DNA of 64,000 nucleotides, from assembly GCA_964016885.1 (NCBI GenBank), contig OZ024740.1, forward strand, positions 314,154,001-314,218,000. The letters are read 5' to 3'. Of this stretch, positions 1-13,968 are shown piece after piece; the stretch's first letter is position 1; every line of letters begins with the position of its first letter. The notes beneath the pieces were generated by a model. That model was not told the origin of the DNA. It was given only the letters and a program-made list of their open reading frames with translations, and made no database searches. Both the position numbers and the translations under genes were made by a program. This DNA comes from Eledone cirrhosa (Eukaryota).

Positions 1-550
1 TAAGGGCGGGGATTGGGCACAACTCATGGAGCGCCTGACCAATGGCTTCGCGTTATTTACGATTATTTATGCTCTGTGTTCAAATACCGCCGAAGTCAAC
101 TTTACCTTTCATTCTTCCGAGATCGATAAAATAAAGTACCAGCCAAGTACTTGGGTCCCTATAATCAGCTTTCCTTATCTTCAAAATTGCTGGCCTTGTT
201 CCTAAATTAGAAATCCTTATTAGGGTATTCAGAGAAGCTGGGTCCTTTCCAATAGAAGCAAGGAGTGAGTAAATTTCAGATTATAGAATTAACCTCACAG
301 AAAATCGACAAAATATTTACAGCTGAGATGTTACGATTGGTGAAAGCAACGAATTTGCCATTAGCTCCAATGTGGAATATCATGTAGGTCAGAATAATGG
401 ACTTCTATGAGAAATTATCATTATTGAGGGTCGGACATGCTTTCCAGCGTAGTTACGTCCCTTTACGATCTGAGTTCAAATCCCGCCGAGGTTAACTTTG
501 CCTTTCATCCTTATGGGGTCGATAAAATAAAGTGGCGGTGGTGGTGGTGG

Positions 551-584
<34 letters not shown>

Positions 585-1922
585 CAACATCATCATCGTC
601 ATCATCATCATCATCATCATCATGTTCTCAGAAGGCTGGTGTTTTCAAAATTAAATCCAAGTGATGTTCACAGCTGAGTAATTTCTGTGAATCAGTTATA
701 AACCTACCAACTCTTTGTCTAACCTTAGGGTCTTTTACAACGCCATTGTTCTTCCGTAAATTCAGCGAACAATAAAGAGTTTCATGTGTTATCATGCATA
801 AAAGTGCCAATTAAAATTTGAAGCTAACATTTTACCTTGAATGTTATAGCAGCTTGAGAAAAATATCAAGTGAAGGAATTAGCTGTAGCTTAGTCGGCTT
901 GAAGTGAGGTCATTCACTACATAAACACACACACTCAAGATACACTTCCATAAGCATGCACACACATACACACTCACAAGATATATTTTCACACGAACGC
1001 ACACTCACTCATACACAAGCTACATTTCCACACATACACATACACATACATATATACGGAGTTGAGAATATTCTTATTTACTAATCATTGCAGCTTATGC
1101 ATCCAGCTGTAAGAGGAAGGTAGTTTAGAAGACATCGGGTTTCTTTCTGAAGAAGAAAAAAAATCCATGACAAAGTGATTGTTTAAATGAAAGGCGAGAA
1201 GAAATGCCAATCATACGAGATATGAGAAGGAAAATGTGTTAATGCAGGGGATAAATGTGAGGTAGTCATGTAGACCAAACACTGAAATGATACACATGAT
1301 CTTCAACGAGGATTACATTAGTTTTATGGACGAAATTGATAAGGTCATTTTGATCACTGTTAATACAGTGGAAGAAACATCGTATATCAGATTTCAGATA
1401 AGATTTCATATTTCCTCAGTTGAATGGCAAAGTTCATCCTCATTTTGCAACCACTTTCGGCTCATAAATCATACTTATGACAAGATTGTGAACAGCTTTT
1501 AGCAACAAGTAATGTTAATGCTATATTAAATGACGAGATGTTTCGATAGAAAGCAATGTGTCAGTTGGGCGCATTAGAAACAGAATTAATATATTTCCTT
1601 TCGTCACATGTTTAATACCTTCTAGTTATTCAGGTTATTTCATGTATCCTCCATGTTTGTATAAAGAAATCTTCATCTTGATAGTTATTTCAAAATTGTA
1701 AATACTGTAAATTTCATTCTACAAACGACATGGCTACTTCTAGATTCCGTGACAGAAATGAGAGATATATTACATCCCACCTTCCTTCATACATTACTAA
1801 TCTTCCACTACTCTTGGGTCGTCTCAAACAATCGCCTCCCACCCCACCAACCAAACCCACCCCCACACGCCCACACCACTTATTAATTTTTCAGATTTTT
1901 CCAAACACCGCCGTGGAGGAGG

Positions 1923-2032
<110 letters not shown>

Positions 2033-2424
2033 AACAATAATAACAACAACATCAATAACAACCTGGTACTTATCACAACAGGGAAGTAGCAAAGTACCCA
2101 TAAGAAATATAATTATTCCTGTCCAGAAACATAAAGATTACGTTCATCATACCTGAACTCACATTTCGTGAATTAGCAAGCCAATGTGCTAACTTGACAT
2201 GCTAGAAATAGCAGTCAAATCTTTCTAAATCATGCCCAAAAGCTTTAAGAAAGGAAAGGCATAATGAATATTTTATAGATTATCCCAGATACGCTATTCC
2301 TTGAACACAAGACAATGTAGAATGACCTGGTGCTAAACATTAACAGGAACATGGGAGCTGGAATTCCATATTTTTCTCCTCAGGATTTTCAACTAAAAAA
2401 AAGGGAAAAAGATCCCCTTCGGTC

Positions 2425-2738
2425 ACAAATGACCATGGGATTTGCACCTAGAAAGTTTCCCTCTGAGGCACAAGTCCAGGCAAAGTCGCTTGTGGAAGAC
2501 CAGCAGTCATACATGCATACCAGCCTCTCCATGTCACCGATGTTGTCCAAGGGAAAAGCAATGGCCGATACAGCTGGGTACCAGTGACCTCGCAACTAAT
2601 TTCTACAGCTAAGTAAACTAGAGCAACATGAAATAAAGTGTCTTGCTCAAGGACACAACGCAACACCCGGTCCGAGAATCAAACTCACAACCTTACGATT
2701 GTAAGCCAAATGCTCTAACTACTAAGCCATGCACCTTC
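2425..2738 (-). mobile_element. tRNA-derived CORE-type SINE family B
   Basis: Minus-strand tRNA-like head followed by gtgtccttgagcaagacactttatttc (CORE-like). Related copies at 18915-19115, 32180-32350, 33960-34205 and 49520-49725. Confidence 0.7.
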
Positions 2739-3374
2739 ATATTTTCAACTAGAGAAACATATATGTGATGTGTCTGCTACTCTATAGATTAGTGTATCCA
2801 TTCAATGGCAGCTTAAACATCAGCTAGAGCGTTTTGCGTCATAGACCACTTTCACATGAAAAAATTTTCCACCGCCCACCTGTAATGTAAATATTTAAAA
2901 ACATCAATTCGAAATGGGCAGATTTCCTGATAGACACTTTTTCCGGGCAATGAAATGTATGGCATGGTATGATTCCGTAACTCCTGAGGGAGTCATAGGG
3001 TCGCCGTATTGATATACTCGTACGACGTTTCTTGGGTATTTTAAGCCCGGTGCAGTTCATTACTCTGCAGGTCTGAATACAGCAGATTTCTTCCAGAGAA
3101 AGATAGAAAGTGAGAGAGATGAAGCGAGAAAGAGATATAGAGGAAGAATCGACCCCAGTACTTGACTAGTACTTTTTTATCGACATCGAAAGGATGAAAG
3201 GTAAAGTTGATCTCGGTGGGATTAGAACTCTCAGAGCAAAGAGCCGGAATGAATACCACAAACCATTCTATCCGACGTTCTAACGACTCTACCACCTTAA
3301 TAAAAGTATAACCGACATAAAAAGTCAGTTTACGAACTAGTAACAAACCGTTACCAATAATTTTAACTCATACA

Positions 3375-3592
3375 AGGGCGGTGGATTGGCAGTATCAGTA
3401 GAGGGTCGGACGCCATGCTTTGCAATATAGAGTTACGAACCTTTATGATCTGAATTCAAATCCCGCCGGAGTTAACTTTGCCTTTCATCCTTACGGGGTC
3501 GATAAAATAAAGTACCAGTAACGTACTGGGGTCGATTTAATCGACTTTCCCCTCCCTCCAATTACTGGCCTTGTGCCTATACTAGAAATCAA
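3375..3592 (+). mobile_element. tRNA-derived SINE family A (long form), representative copy
   Basis: A box tggcagtatcagtag, B box gagttcaaatc, central gcctttcatccttacggggtcgataaaataaagtacc. Other copies at about 1-220, 420-533, 3148-3295(-), 6005-6230(-), 17800-17972, 37447-37650, 39650-39862, 39880-40095(-), 40424-40628. Confidence 0.85.
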
Positions 3593-6591
3593 TAATTTTA
3601 ACTCTTACAAAACAATATAAATGAATAATTTTTGCATTTCGAGATTCTTTATTGAGTTAGGCTATTGGTTCTCTCTTTCACTATCTTTTCGATTATCGAT
3701 CACTACTCCCGTTTCGGTCTGTGTGGGGAACTAATCTAGCGAAGGGAATGTTTTCCCCAGTGTTTTCTTTTCCCTTACGGACACGGCCACCAAGTGAGTG
3801 ACCTGCAACGTCACAGGGAAGACAATAGATAAATGTACCTGATGGTAGGATTTACAGCAGTTGTAGGAAGAAGAACATATTCTGGGGCCATCTGTTAACT
3901 GTCAGTAAAATATGTAGTGTTCATTATAAATAGGCTGTCGTGTGGTCCTAACATCATTCAATCCTCCATCCCTTCGCCAACACAAAACAGTCTGGATATA
4001 TAACGGTTTACTGCTATATCCGCTAGCTACATACTGTTAACTACAACTTGTTACTTTTCTTTTAAGGCAACATTCCATGGTAAACAAAAGATTCGTGCAC
4101 TACACTAAAGCTTTACTCAACACTATATTCATTTGTGAACACTGTAATCAAACATTATATTTACGATTAAAACTTCGCTACATATTTACACACACACTCA
4201 CGAAGGATTTCCACACAGTTTCCGTATACCAAATTTCAGTTTAAAAGCATTGATCAACCCTAGAAGACAATTGCGCAATGTTTCAGGTAATTGAATTGAA
4301 CGTTAAACCATGGCTTAATTCTATAACTGTTGTCAAGTTTTGTTTTCTTGTTTTTCTTCTTTTATTTCCTGTTACTTTCTTTTCATTGCCACAATAAAAC
4401 GACTTACTTTTAATACTGAAGACTGGAAAGTTTCACTTACAAGGGAAGTAACTTTTCAAAACGTTGAATTAGTGTTCTTAGATTTTTTTTATTTTCCCTA
4501 CTTTGTTATTATTTGAATTGATTTTCTCATGAACGGAGGCCATATACACTCTATTTTCATTCTATTCTTAGCTCATCGTGGGTACCAATAAATACTCTCG
4601 AGTCTCGAATAATGGTTCCATCCCCACCCCACTTATTAATTTTTCAGATTTTTTCCACTTTTAAAAACATCAACGGAGACAACCTAGAAAAGTTTACGAT
4701 CCCCCCTCCCCACTTATTTCAACCCCTATTTTTGGGACCCGGGAGAATCTAGTTATGTTTGATGAATTTCCAGAGATAGTAGAGCAGCAGCTGTCATGCT
4801 AATTAAGTTGGAGTTAGTATATTTCATGCAGAATGGTTAAAAAAATATTAACCAGTGAGAAGTACTATTTCAATTACCGTACATACTCGTATATAAGTCG
4901 CGAATTTGGGACAAAAAATTCAATGGTAAAACGGGGACGACCTATATTCGAGGTCAATATTTTACTGATGGGTTTAACCAGCTTCAAATTCTCTGTAAAT
5001 GAGTTGGAGAAGAATATTACAACGGTTTCACATTCGATGTGAAATTTGTATTTCCTATTGTGTGAAACAAAAACCATTTAAAATTCTGACGTGCTAAAAT
5101 TAGATATCTGGGTGTCGAGCAGGATGAACTGACTAGTCTGTTCCAGAGGTCCATCGGTCTGGTGACTATGGATAGATTTTAGAAATCCCTGCCTGGAAAG
5201 TGGGAGGGTACTACCGATTAGAGAAAACCTCTGCAAGCACGGAAGTAATGTCAGAAATGTGAACTCGTTCAGTGTCCATGCATTGCTGACTTATGGAGTT
5301 TTATCGCACAACTGGGGAAAAATGAAAGGATAGGCTATTTATAGGCAAATCCATTCGAACACGCACACACATAGACACGCATGTTATATTACAATGTTAA
5401 ATTGAAACAAATCAATACTCTTTGACGTAAGCGGCCAACAGAAATTATATCTTGGTCTTGGTTGTTTGTTGAATTTCCGGAAATATGAAACTGATATTTA
5501 CCTTAAGACCTACTTAAACGATCATTTGTTAAAGGGAATTAAATCATTCAAATTAAGCGTACATTATGTTTGATGAGTTATTTCCCTTGAACTCTTTATC
5601 TTTGCTATTAGCATACTAACAAAAGTTTTGAGAAGAGCTGAAGTTGACGCTCTATAACAGTATGTTACTGGTATTCATTTTATGAATTTTGGTCAACGTC
5701 AACAAGAATTGAACCTAGAGATTACATGAACATAACTAAATACCGCAAGACATTTTCATCGCTGGTTCAACCATGCTGCTTATCCATTGCTTGCCAAAAA
5801 TGAAGCTGCTTCCTGAGTGAGCTTTTACGTGATCGCTCATTCTGTTAGAAACCGCAGTCAAATTTCACTCAAATCACAGCCTATTTTCTTTCTTTAGAAC
5901 GTTATGGCCACATTGGATAATGTAGTCTGAGTTACACTCTACCTATGAAAAAAAAAGATGACACGATGAGAGTTGGCCAGTCTACCGCCCTAAGAGAAAT
6001 AAATATTGATTTCTTCTATAGGCACAAGGTCAGCAATTTGGGGAAAGGGGGTGGAGTCGATTAAATCGACCCCAGTACATTACTGGTACTTTATTTTATC
6101 GACCCCGTAAGGATGAAAGGCAAAGCTAACCTCGGCAGGATTTGAACTCAGATCGTAAATGGCCGTAACTCTATGCCATAAAGCATGGTGCCCGCGATGC
6201 TCCACTGATACTGCCAATCTACCGCCCTCCCAAGAGAAATAAATCTTCACAATGAAGTTAAACAAATTTAAGAGAAAGAAAAACCTATCATGTTCCTAAT
6301 GTAAAGAAGCTATTGTTTCTCTTTCTCCTTTTCCTGCTGTTTTTCCTTCTTTATTTTTTTGTTTATCTTTACTTACCATCTTTCTATCGTCTTCTTTGTT
6401 AATTTAGTTATGAACAGAAACACAAACATGGGTTCTGTAGCATTAGGAAATGACCCGGCAATTATGTATGTAACCGTGTGTGAGTGGATGGGTATGTGTG
6501 TAGTTGTGTGTGTGCGTATGTGTGTAAATACGTGTGGGTGAGGGGCGCGTGTGTAATATTAATAACTTTTAAATCTCAGTTACTGATTGTT

Positions 6592-6650
<59 letters not shown>

Positions 6651-6746
6651 GAAGTATTTCCGTAGGAAAGGTAAAGGAAAAGAGAGTGCTCTATGTAGGC
6701 TACATAGCTTTTTAGTTATGTAATAAACAATATAAGATAATTAATT

Positions 6747-6805
6747 CATTTACCAGTGGTTTCTTGAAGACAGATATTAATGTCTGTCTTTATTCATCAG
6801 AAAAA
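6747..6805 (-). ncRNA. Hammerhead-like motif in (TA)n-flanked island 6648-6868
   Basis: Minus strand: CTGATGA-ata-aagacaga/cattaata/tctgtctt-caa-GAAAC-CACTG-GTA. Stem I is weak. Confidence 0.5.
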
Positions 6806-6866
6806 TAATATCTCCATACGCATATTAGCTCAAGATCCGTTTAAAACTGGTTCTATCATGATATCC

Positions 6867-7035
<169 letters not shown>

Positions 7036-7780
7036 ACAGAAGAGTGTATTTTTCTTTACAGGAAATTCAAACCACCAGCGTGAAGAGAATATAAGCTACT
7101 AGAGGCATAGGAAAAACAACCAACCTCATATCCAAGTCACACATGTACACACTCACCAGGAGAATGTTTCGCCATTTTAGTGGCCCGGTGGGTCATCAGC
7201 ATGTGGAAGGCCGATATTGTCCGCACTACTAGAGAGAACTAAAGTAAACTACCTTTACCACGTGTAAAGTAAACTCCGCTTCGCAAGGGAAATGCGTGCG
7301 CGGGTCAATAACCGGTGGCATGAACAGAACAAGCTGCTAGAAATGGCAGCCTATACTATTCAATTTATGGTGCTCAACAACAGAGAGAGCGCAAGGAGCA
7401 AATATCAAGTAAAATAACGGAGCAAAGGACTCGCGTATAATCCTGTAATTAAATGAGCTCAAAGGAAATAGTTTTCCTGGGCACTTTAAAATACAATATA
7501 TAAAGAGGAAAGACACAGAAGAGTGTGTTTTTCTTTACAGGAAATTCAAACCACCAGCGTGAAGAGAATATAAGCTACAAGAGGCATAGGAAAAGACATT
7601 AAAATTAAAAGTATAAATTGAAATGAGAAACCAACCTCACCTAAATCACACAATTTATACTTTTAATTTTAATGTGTTTTTCCTATGCCTCTAGTAGCTT
7701 ATATTCTCTTCACGCTGGTGGTTTGAATTTCCTGTAAAGAAAAACACACTCTTCTGTGTCTTTCCCCTCTATATATTGTA
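7036..7780 (-). mobile_element. PLE-like island with direct and inverted repeats and a degenerate HHR (7148-7206, minus)
   Basis: Direct repeat 7036-7114 / 7515-7594. Inverted repeat 7493-7620 / 7651-7780. Minus strand reads cacatg-CTGATGA...gcca/tggc-GAAAC. Microsatellites on both flanks. Confidence 0.55.
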
Positions 7781-7818
7781 TTTATATATATGAAACACAA
7801 ATTTAAATTTGTGTTTCA

Positions 7819-7849
<31 letters not shown>

Positions 7850-7859
7850 GTCTCGATTC

Positions 7860-7911
<52 letters not shown>

Positions 7912-8076
7912 AATTAGTATATCTACCAACATATATATACAGATGCATACCTATGCTAGCAAATATATAGGTTTTGTCTTAGTAACTTTGTGGTTCAATG
8001 CAAGGGGATGCAGAACAATTATATGAAAGACGTAAAATAAGAAAATTATAAAAATTAACTTACTTACTAAAATTTC

Positions 8077-8158
8077 ACTCCAACTAATTAGTTTCTGAAA
8101 GGGAATAAACATGGTTTACAAATGGAAAGCATGGAGAAACCTTTCGTCATCAGGAAGT
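8077..8158 (-). ncRNA. Type I hammerhead ribozyme (inverted copy)
   Basis: Reverse complement of 8226-8307. Confidence 0.7.
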
Positions 8159-8225
8159 CTGTTCTCAGCTAATTTACCAGGCGATGCGTGGACACAGCAT
8201 CGCCTGGTAAATTAGCTGAGAACAG

Positions 8226-8307
8226 ACTTCCTGATGACGAAAGGTTTCTCCATGCTTTCCATTTGTAAACCATGTTTATTCCCTTTCAGAAACTAATTAG
8301 TTGGAGT
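8226..8307 (+). ncRNA. Type I hammerhead ribozyme
   Basis: acttc-CTGATGA-c-gaaagg...cctttc-a-GAAAC-TAATTA-GTT-ggagt, with palindromic stem III CTAATTAG. Confidence 0.72.
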
Positions 8308-8911
8308 GAAATTTTAGTAAGTAAGTTAATTTTTATAATTTTCTTATTTTACGTCTTTCATATAATTGTTCTGCATCCCCTTGCATTGAAACCACAAAGT
8401 TACTAAGACAAAACCTATATATTTGCAAGCATAGGTATGCATCTGTATATATATGTTGGTAGATATACTAATTCTTTATAATTATCTCCAAATTATTTTG
8501 TTGAGCAAAAATTTGCCAAAACTGCTACTATAGTTCATAGTAATGGCCCGATTACTGTCTTTTTAACACCCCACTCCTCACTGATTAACCTCGATGTCAC
8601 GTGATTGATTCTTTTGAATTTGCCACCGACCAAGTAGGCAGTGATTTTTTCAATGTCTTGGAATTTAGTCCACGCTTGCTTTTTTCCATCCACGGAATTA
8701 TTTTTGTATAAGTTCCCTGTGTCCACGCATCGCCTGGTAACTTAGCTGAGAACAGACTTCTTGATGACGAAAGGTTTCTCCATGCTTCCCATTTGGAAAC
8801 CATGTTTATTCCCTTTCAGAAAGTAATTAGTTGGAGTGAAATTTTAGTAAGTAAGTTAATTTTTATAATTTTCTTATTTTACGTCTTTCATATATATATA
8901 TATATATAGAT

Positions 8912-8990
<79 letters not shown>

Positions 8991-8994
<4 letters not shown>

Positions 8995-9190
8995 AACGAG
9001 TAGGACCCCGACGGCTGAGCTCAAGCCGTTTCGACGGCTAATTCTTCTGAGTCCAGAATTAGCCGTCGAAACGGCTTGAGCTCAGCCGTCGGGGTCCTAC
9101 TCGTTCCTATTACCCACTCTACTACCCTAAGTATTGAGTACTTTGGTGCGTTATGGTCCACCTGGTTCCTTACCACATTTCCTCCGTTAT
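8991..9190 (+). mobile_element. 5'-truncated pLTR with perfect 55-bp foldback and HHR 3' half
   Basis: Arms 8991-9045 and 9055-9109. GAAAC-ggct...agcc-GTC-gggg at 9068-9094. (TA)n on both sides. Confidence 0.6.
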
Positions 9191-9203
9191 ATATATATAT
9201 ATA

Positions 9204-9251
<48 letters not shown>

Positions 9252-9258
9252 TCGATTC

Positions 9259-9304
<46 letters not shown>

Positions 9305-9668
9305 CACAAATTTAAAACTTTGAAGACCAACACAATGCGTATGGAGAATGTTAAATTGCCAAGATAAAAGAATCTTACCTTAGCAAACTTAACGATCCCA
9401 AATGTTTAAAAACCCATTATCAAGGGAGTAACCCTGTAAGAGACTTAAAAATTGATAGGATAGACTTGTGTGTTTGGGAGCAGATTTATCTCGGGGGGGG
9501 GGGGGGTCTGTGTCTGTGTTTTCACACTTGCACACTTGCACACTTGCACACAGATACGCTCACACATATATGTATATGCATCCCTTATTGGCCATAAGCC
9601 ATACCGGTTGATAAACGGTATTACATTATAAAAATATTTTCCATCCCATCAAATGTAGAGAAGATGTC

Positions 9669-9762
<94 letters not shown>

Positions 9763-11332
9763 AAAAGAACTATTGTGGCCATGTGATGATGGCTAATAGG
9801 CAAAGTCTAGTTTCTTTTATAGGTCAATCACTGGCGGCACTCGTTCGAGATCTTCCATCAACGAAACCACTGTTTTGTGGTGGTAGTGGTGGTGGTAGTG
9901 GTGGTGGTGGTGGTGGTGGTGGTGGTGGTGGTGGTGGTGGTGGTGGTGGTGGTGGTGGTGGTGGTGGTGGTGGTGGTGTTAGTGGTGGGGCGGGGGGGGG
10001 ATTGATGGTGCTGGTAGTGGGTCTGGTGAGGGGACGTGTTGATGGTGCTGATAGTGGTGGTGGTGATGGTAGTGATGGTAATAATTGTTTCTACTTTAGG
10101 CACAAGGCCAGCAATTATCCAGTGCATTACTGGTACTTTATTTTATCGACCCCGTAAGGATGAAAGGCAAAGTTAACCTCGGCGGGATTTCAACTCAGAC
10201 TGTAAAGGGACGTAACTATGCTAGAAAGCATGGCGTCCAGCCCTCTACCGATACTGCCAATTCACCAATGGGAGCGTGTTAGTGGTGTAGGTATTGTGGT
10301 GGAGGCGGCGGCAGTGAGGGCCTGATTGAGGTGCTGGTTCTGGTGGAGACATTATAGAAACAGTGTAGTGGTAGTGATGATTGAGTGTTGTAGAGATATT
10401 GTGGTGGTGTTGGGGTGAGGGTGGTATGGAGGTGATTGTCATGGTCGTGGTGGTGGTGATTGTCGTGGTGGTGGTGGTGGTGGTGGTGGTGGGGTGAAAT
10501 GGAGGTGATTGTCGTGGTGGTGGTGGTGGTGATTGTGGTGGTGGTGGTGGTGGTGGTGGTTATGGGGTGAAATGGAGGTGATTGTCGTGGTGATGGTGGT
10601 GGTGGGGTGATATGGTGGTGATTGTCGTGGTGGTGGTAGTGGTGTTGGTGGTGGGGTGATATGGTGGTGATTGTCGTGATTGTCGTGGTGGTGGTGGTGG
10701 TGGTGGGGTGATATGGTGGTGATTGTCGTGGTGGTGTTGGTGGTTTTGGTGGTGGGGTGATATAGAGGTGATTGTCGTGGTGGTAGTGGTGGTGGTGTTG
10801 GCAGTGGGGTGGTATGGAGGTGATTGTGGGTTGTGGTGATCGTTGCACTGATGCTGGTGCTGGTTCGAATGTTGGTAATGATGTTGGTATTTGTGGTGAT
10901 GGTGGTGATGATGGTGCTGGTTATGGTACTCGTGGTAGTGGTGGTGGTGGTGCTGCTACTGCTGGTAGTGTTAGTGGTGGTGCTGGTGATGCTGGTGATG
11001 GAACTAGTGGTAGTACCGCTATCAAATGGTTTATTAGGCTATCATAGAAACTCATCGTCATTTAATCAAGGTGACTCAGTTTACAAGTGACAATAGTGAA
11101 GTGCTCACAAAATGTCTAAGTGGAGGATATATTATGATTTTTACCGTAAATAAAATAAAGGATGCGAGGAAAAGTACTCGCGGTGACAAAGAGCACTGAA
11201 TTGTTTGACTTACTGTAAACTATGACGTTGCAGAGTGAGGTATATAATAAGAACAAACTTAATATGAACTGATTTATGTCAAAGACACTTATCCTCTTTT
11301 ATGACCAAGAAAAAATGTTCATCTGATGAAAT

Positions 11333-11572
11333 CTCCAAATTGAGAGATCACATCTTCGATACTATGGGCATGTGGTTAGAATGTCTCAGAAAAAAATTGG
11401 TGGCTATATTTTACAGGCAAAACCAACAGGCAGGAGACTAAGGGGTAGATCCTGAGCAAAATGGTTGGATAACATCCATGAGCTTGGTTGGTCTCGCTTG
11501 GGGATCCAGCTAGAACAGTTGGAGATGGCTGCTTCTGACAGGACTAGCAGAAAGGAGTGTTCTTATAGGACA
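11333..11572 (+). mobile_element. RTE LINE 3' fragment
   Basis: Same family as 52042-52360. Confidence 0.75.
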
Positions 11573-11573
11573 C

Positions 11574-11612
<39 letters not shown>

Positions 11613-12088
11613 CGCGCGTCTGTGACTGTGTGTCTGTGTGTCTGTGTGTGTGTGTGTGCACAGAAAGAGAGGGGGGGTGGAGAGAGAGAGTGTGAGAGAT
11701 AGAGGGACAGAGAGAAACAAACAGACAGACGCACAGAAGAAGAAGAAGAAGAAGAAGAAGAAGAAGAAGAAGAAGAAGAAGAAGAAGAAGAAGAAGAAGA
11801 AGAAGAAGAAGAAGAAGAAGAAGAAGAAGAAGAAGAAGAAGAAGAAGAAGAATTGAGCAACAACTTTGAAATTAGGTTGACAGTGGTAGTTACATGTTCA
11901 CTGATAGCTATCGATAATTTCAGTGACGTTATAAAAGATGGCGGGTACGATAACAATGTTAGTAGCATAATATTACATCAAAGCAAGTATTCTCGAATAA
12001 CTAAATATATGGTGAATTCTTACTAGTTATAATAGCGTCAGCATTTACCCAGGATGGGTTTAGCCGGCTCCAACAAGAGTATCTACAG

Positions 12089-12381
12089 CAGGCATGGGCA
12101 ACCTTTTTCGAGAAGCGAGCCGCATGAGATATGGCTCATCATCAGGCGGGCCGCAAATGCTGATTTACATTCGTGCCCACATAAAAAAAAAAAGGGCGGT
12201 AACTCAGGTTGTTTTGATTTGTTTCTTTAGAATTCGTACACGTTGTTTTCCTCTATCGTAAAAATGATAGAAAGATAAATTACGACTGAAAAGCTGGAGT
12301 AAAAACATCAGAAAGATTTCACTTATGTGACTTAAGTGAGTCACTCAGTGAGCTTCGCGGGCTGCAGGTTGCCCATGACTG
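12089..12381. mobile_element. hAT MITE (293 bp) with 8-bp TSD
   Basis: TIRs caggcatgggcaacc and ggttgcccatgactg. ATCTACAG is duplicated on both sides. One end of a related copy lies at 37870-37938. Confidence 0.85.
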
Positions 12382-12572
12382 ATCTACAGCATCACAAACA
12401 GAGACCTCTCATGTACGGCGGTCACAGATATCCAACGTAGATATCGTCTGTCTGTAATGGTGGAATACGTATATGAGAGGATTAGATATTAGCTCAAGAT
12501 CCGTTTAAAACTGGTTCTATCATGATATCCCGATATATATATATAATATGGAAACTCTGCTTCGTAGAATCG

Positions 12573-12669
12573 AGACATATCTGAGGAACTTACGATTTCA
12601 GAGTCAGGTTTGATCATTGCATCGATCTGGCCTCGAGCTGGTCGCCAGAGAAACGATTGTAATATGTCT
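12573..12669 (+). ncRNA. Type I hammerhead motif with structured stem-II insert
   Basis: agacatat-CTGAGGA-[62 nt]-GAAAC-GATT-GTA-atatgtct, with an 8-bp stem I. The island 12545-12715 lies between (TA)n tracts. Confidence 0.7.
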
Positions 12670-13048
12670 AATAAATCTTATTCGTCGCACCACTAATTCT
12701 CCGTTTCTTATGTGATATATATATATATATGTGTGTGTGTGGGGGAGGGGGGCTATATATTTTATATAACAAATATATGTTGTACTCAATGTCATTATTA
12801 TAATCCAGGATAAGGTGGTGGATTGGCAGTATCGGTAGAGCGTCGGACGACATGCTTTATCGCATGGAGTTACGGCCCTTTATGATCTTTCATCCTTACT
12901 TTGTCTTTCATACTTACGGGGTCGATAAAATAAAGTACCAGTAATACACTGGGATAATTGCTGGCATTGTGCCAAACGTAGAAACAATTATTATAATCCA
13001 GGATACTCACATTTAAAATATGTCCCATCCTTATATTACACCTATGTT

Positions 13049-13155
<107 letters not shown>

Positions 13156-13614
13156 AAAGAGAGAGAGGTAAAGGGAAAGAGTGTGAAAGATAGAGGAATA
13201 GAGAGACGCACATCCTGTCAAACAGAAGGATGCACATGAACCTAAGAAGTACACTCTTAGTTCATTTAAGTGAGTTATTTGATCACTATGAGTGCTCAAC
13301 AATTCAATAGGTAATCGGTGCTATGAATCTATGGGAATTAAGCAAATAAGAAAATAGACATTAAATATAATCTACCTAGAAATTTTGAAATATTCACTAC
13401 AAATTATTTCACTGGTCAATTGATGTTTCGATGGCTATTCACTCCGTCATCCACTGTTGGACTCAATACAAATGGTTAGTATATATCGAGTAAGATCGAA
13501 CAATGAAACAAAGCAATCACTTTATATAATAATAACAGTCTTTAAAATAAATAATTGTAAATATTTCCGAATGACTTTACTGAGGCGATATAATAATTTG
13601 GTGACATTTAAATA

Positions 13615-13968
13615 CAGTGGAACCTCAGTTCATTCACGAACTTAGTTCGTTCCTGAAAGCCGTTCGTCACCCGAAATGTTCGTACTCCGAAACTATTTTT
13701 ACCATACGAAGTGTTGAGAGAGAAATACAGTGAGAGAGGGAGAGAGTAATTGTGCGTGAAAGACAGATATATATCACCATCGTAACTAACTATACAGAAA
13801 GTGACACTTTCCCGCCGGCACTCCAAGTTTGTTGCCAACTGTTTTTGCTGGCTTGCGTGTTCATTACTTGAGACAACGTCCGTGAACCGAAACGTTTTAT
13901 GTTCGGAAACATTATTCGTGAACTGATTTGTTCGTGATGTGAAGCCAACGTGAACCGAGGTTCAACTG
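13615..13968. mobile_element. Tc1/mariner (pogo/Tigger-type) MITE
   Basis: TA|cagtggaacctcagttca ... tgaaccgaggttcaactg|TA, with repeated ttcgt/acgaa subterminal motifs. Confidence 0.8.

Larger units (their letters stand above)
7905..8891 (+). mobile_element. PLE pLTR-derived island: inverted copy plus two direct copies, between (TA)n tracts
   Basis: Near-perfect palindrome of about 285-bp arms (7905-8196 and 8198-8480). A direct repeat at about 8718-8891 carries a mutated HHR (TTGATGA, GAAAG). Confidence 0.75.
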
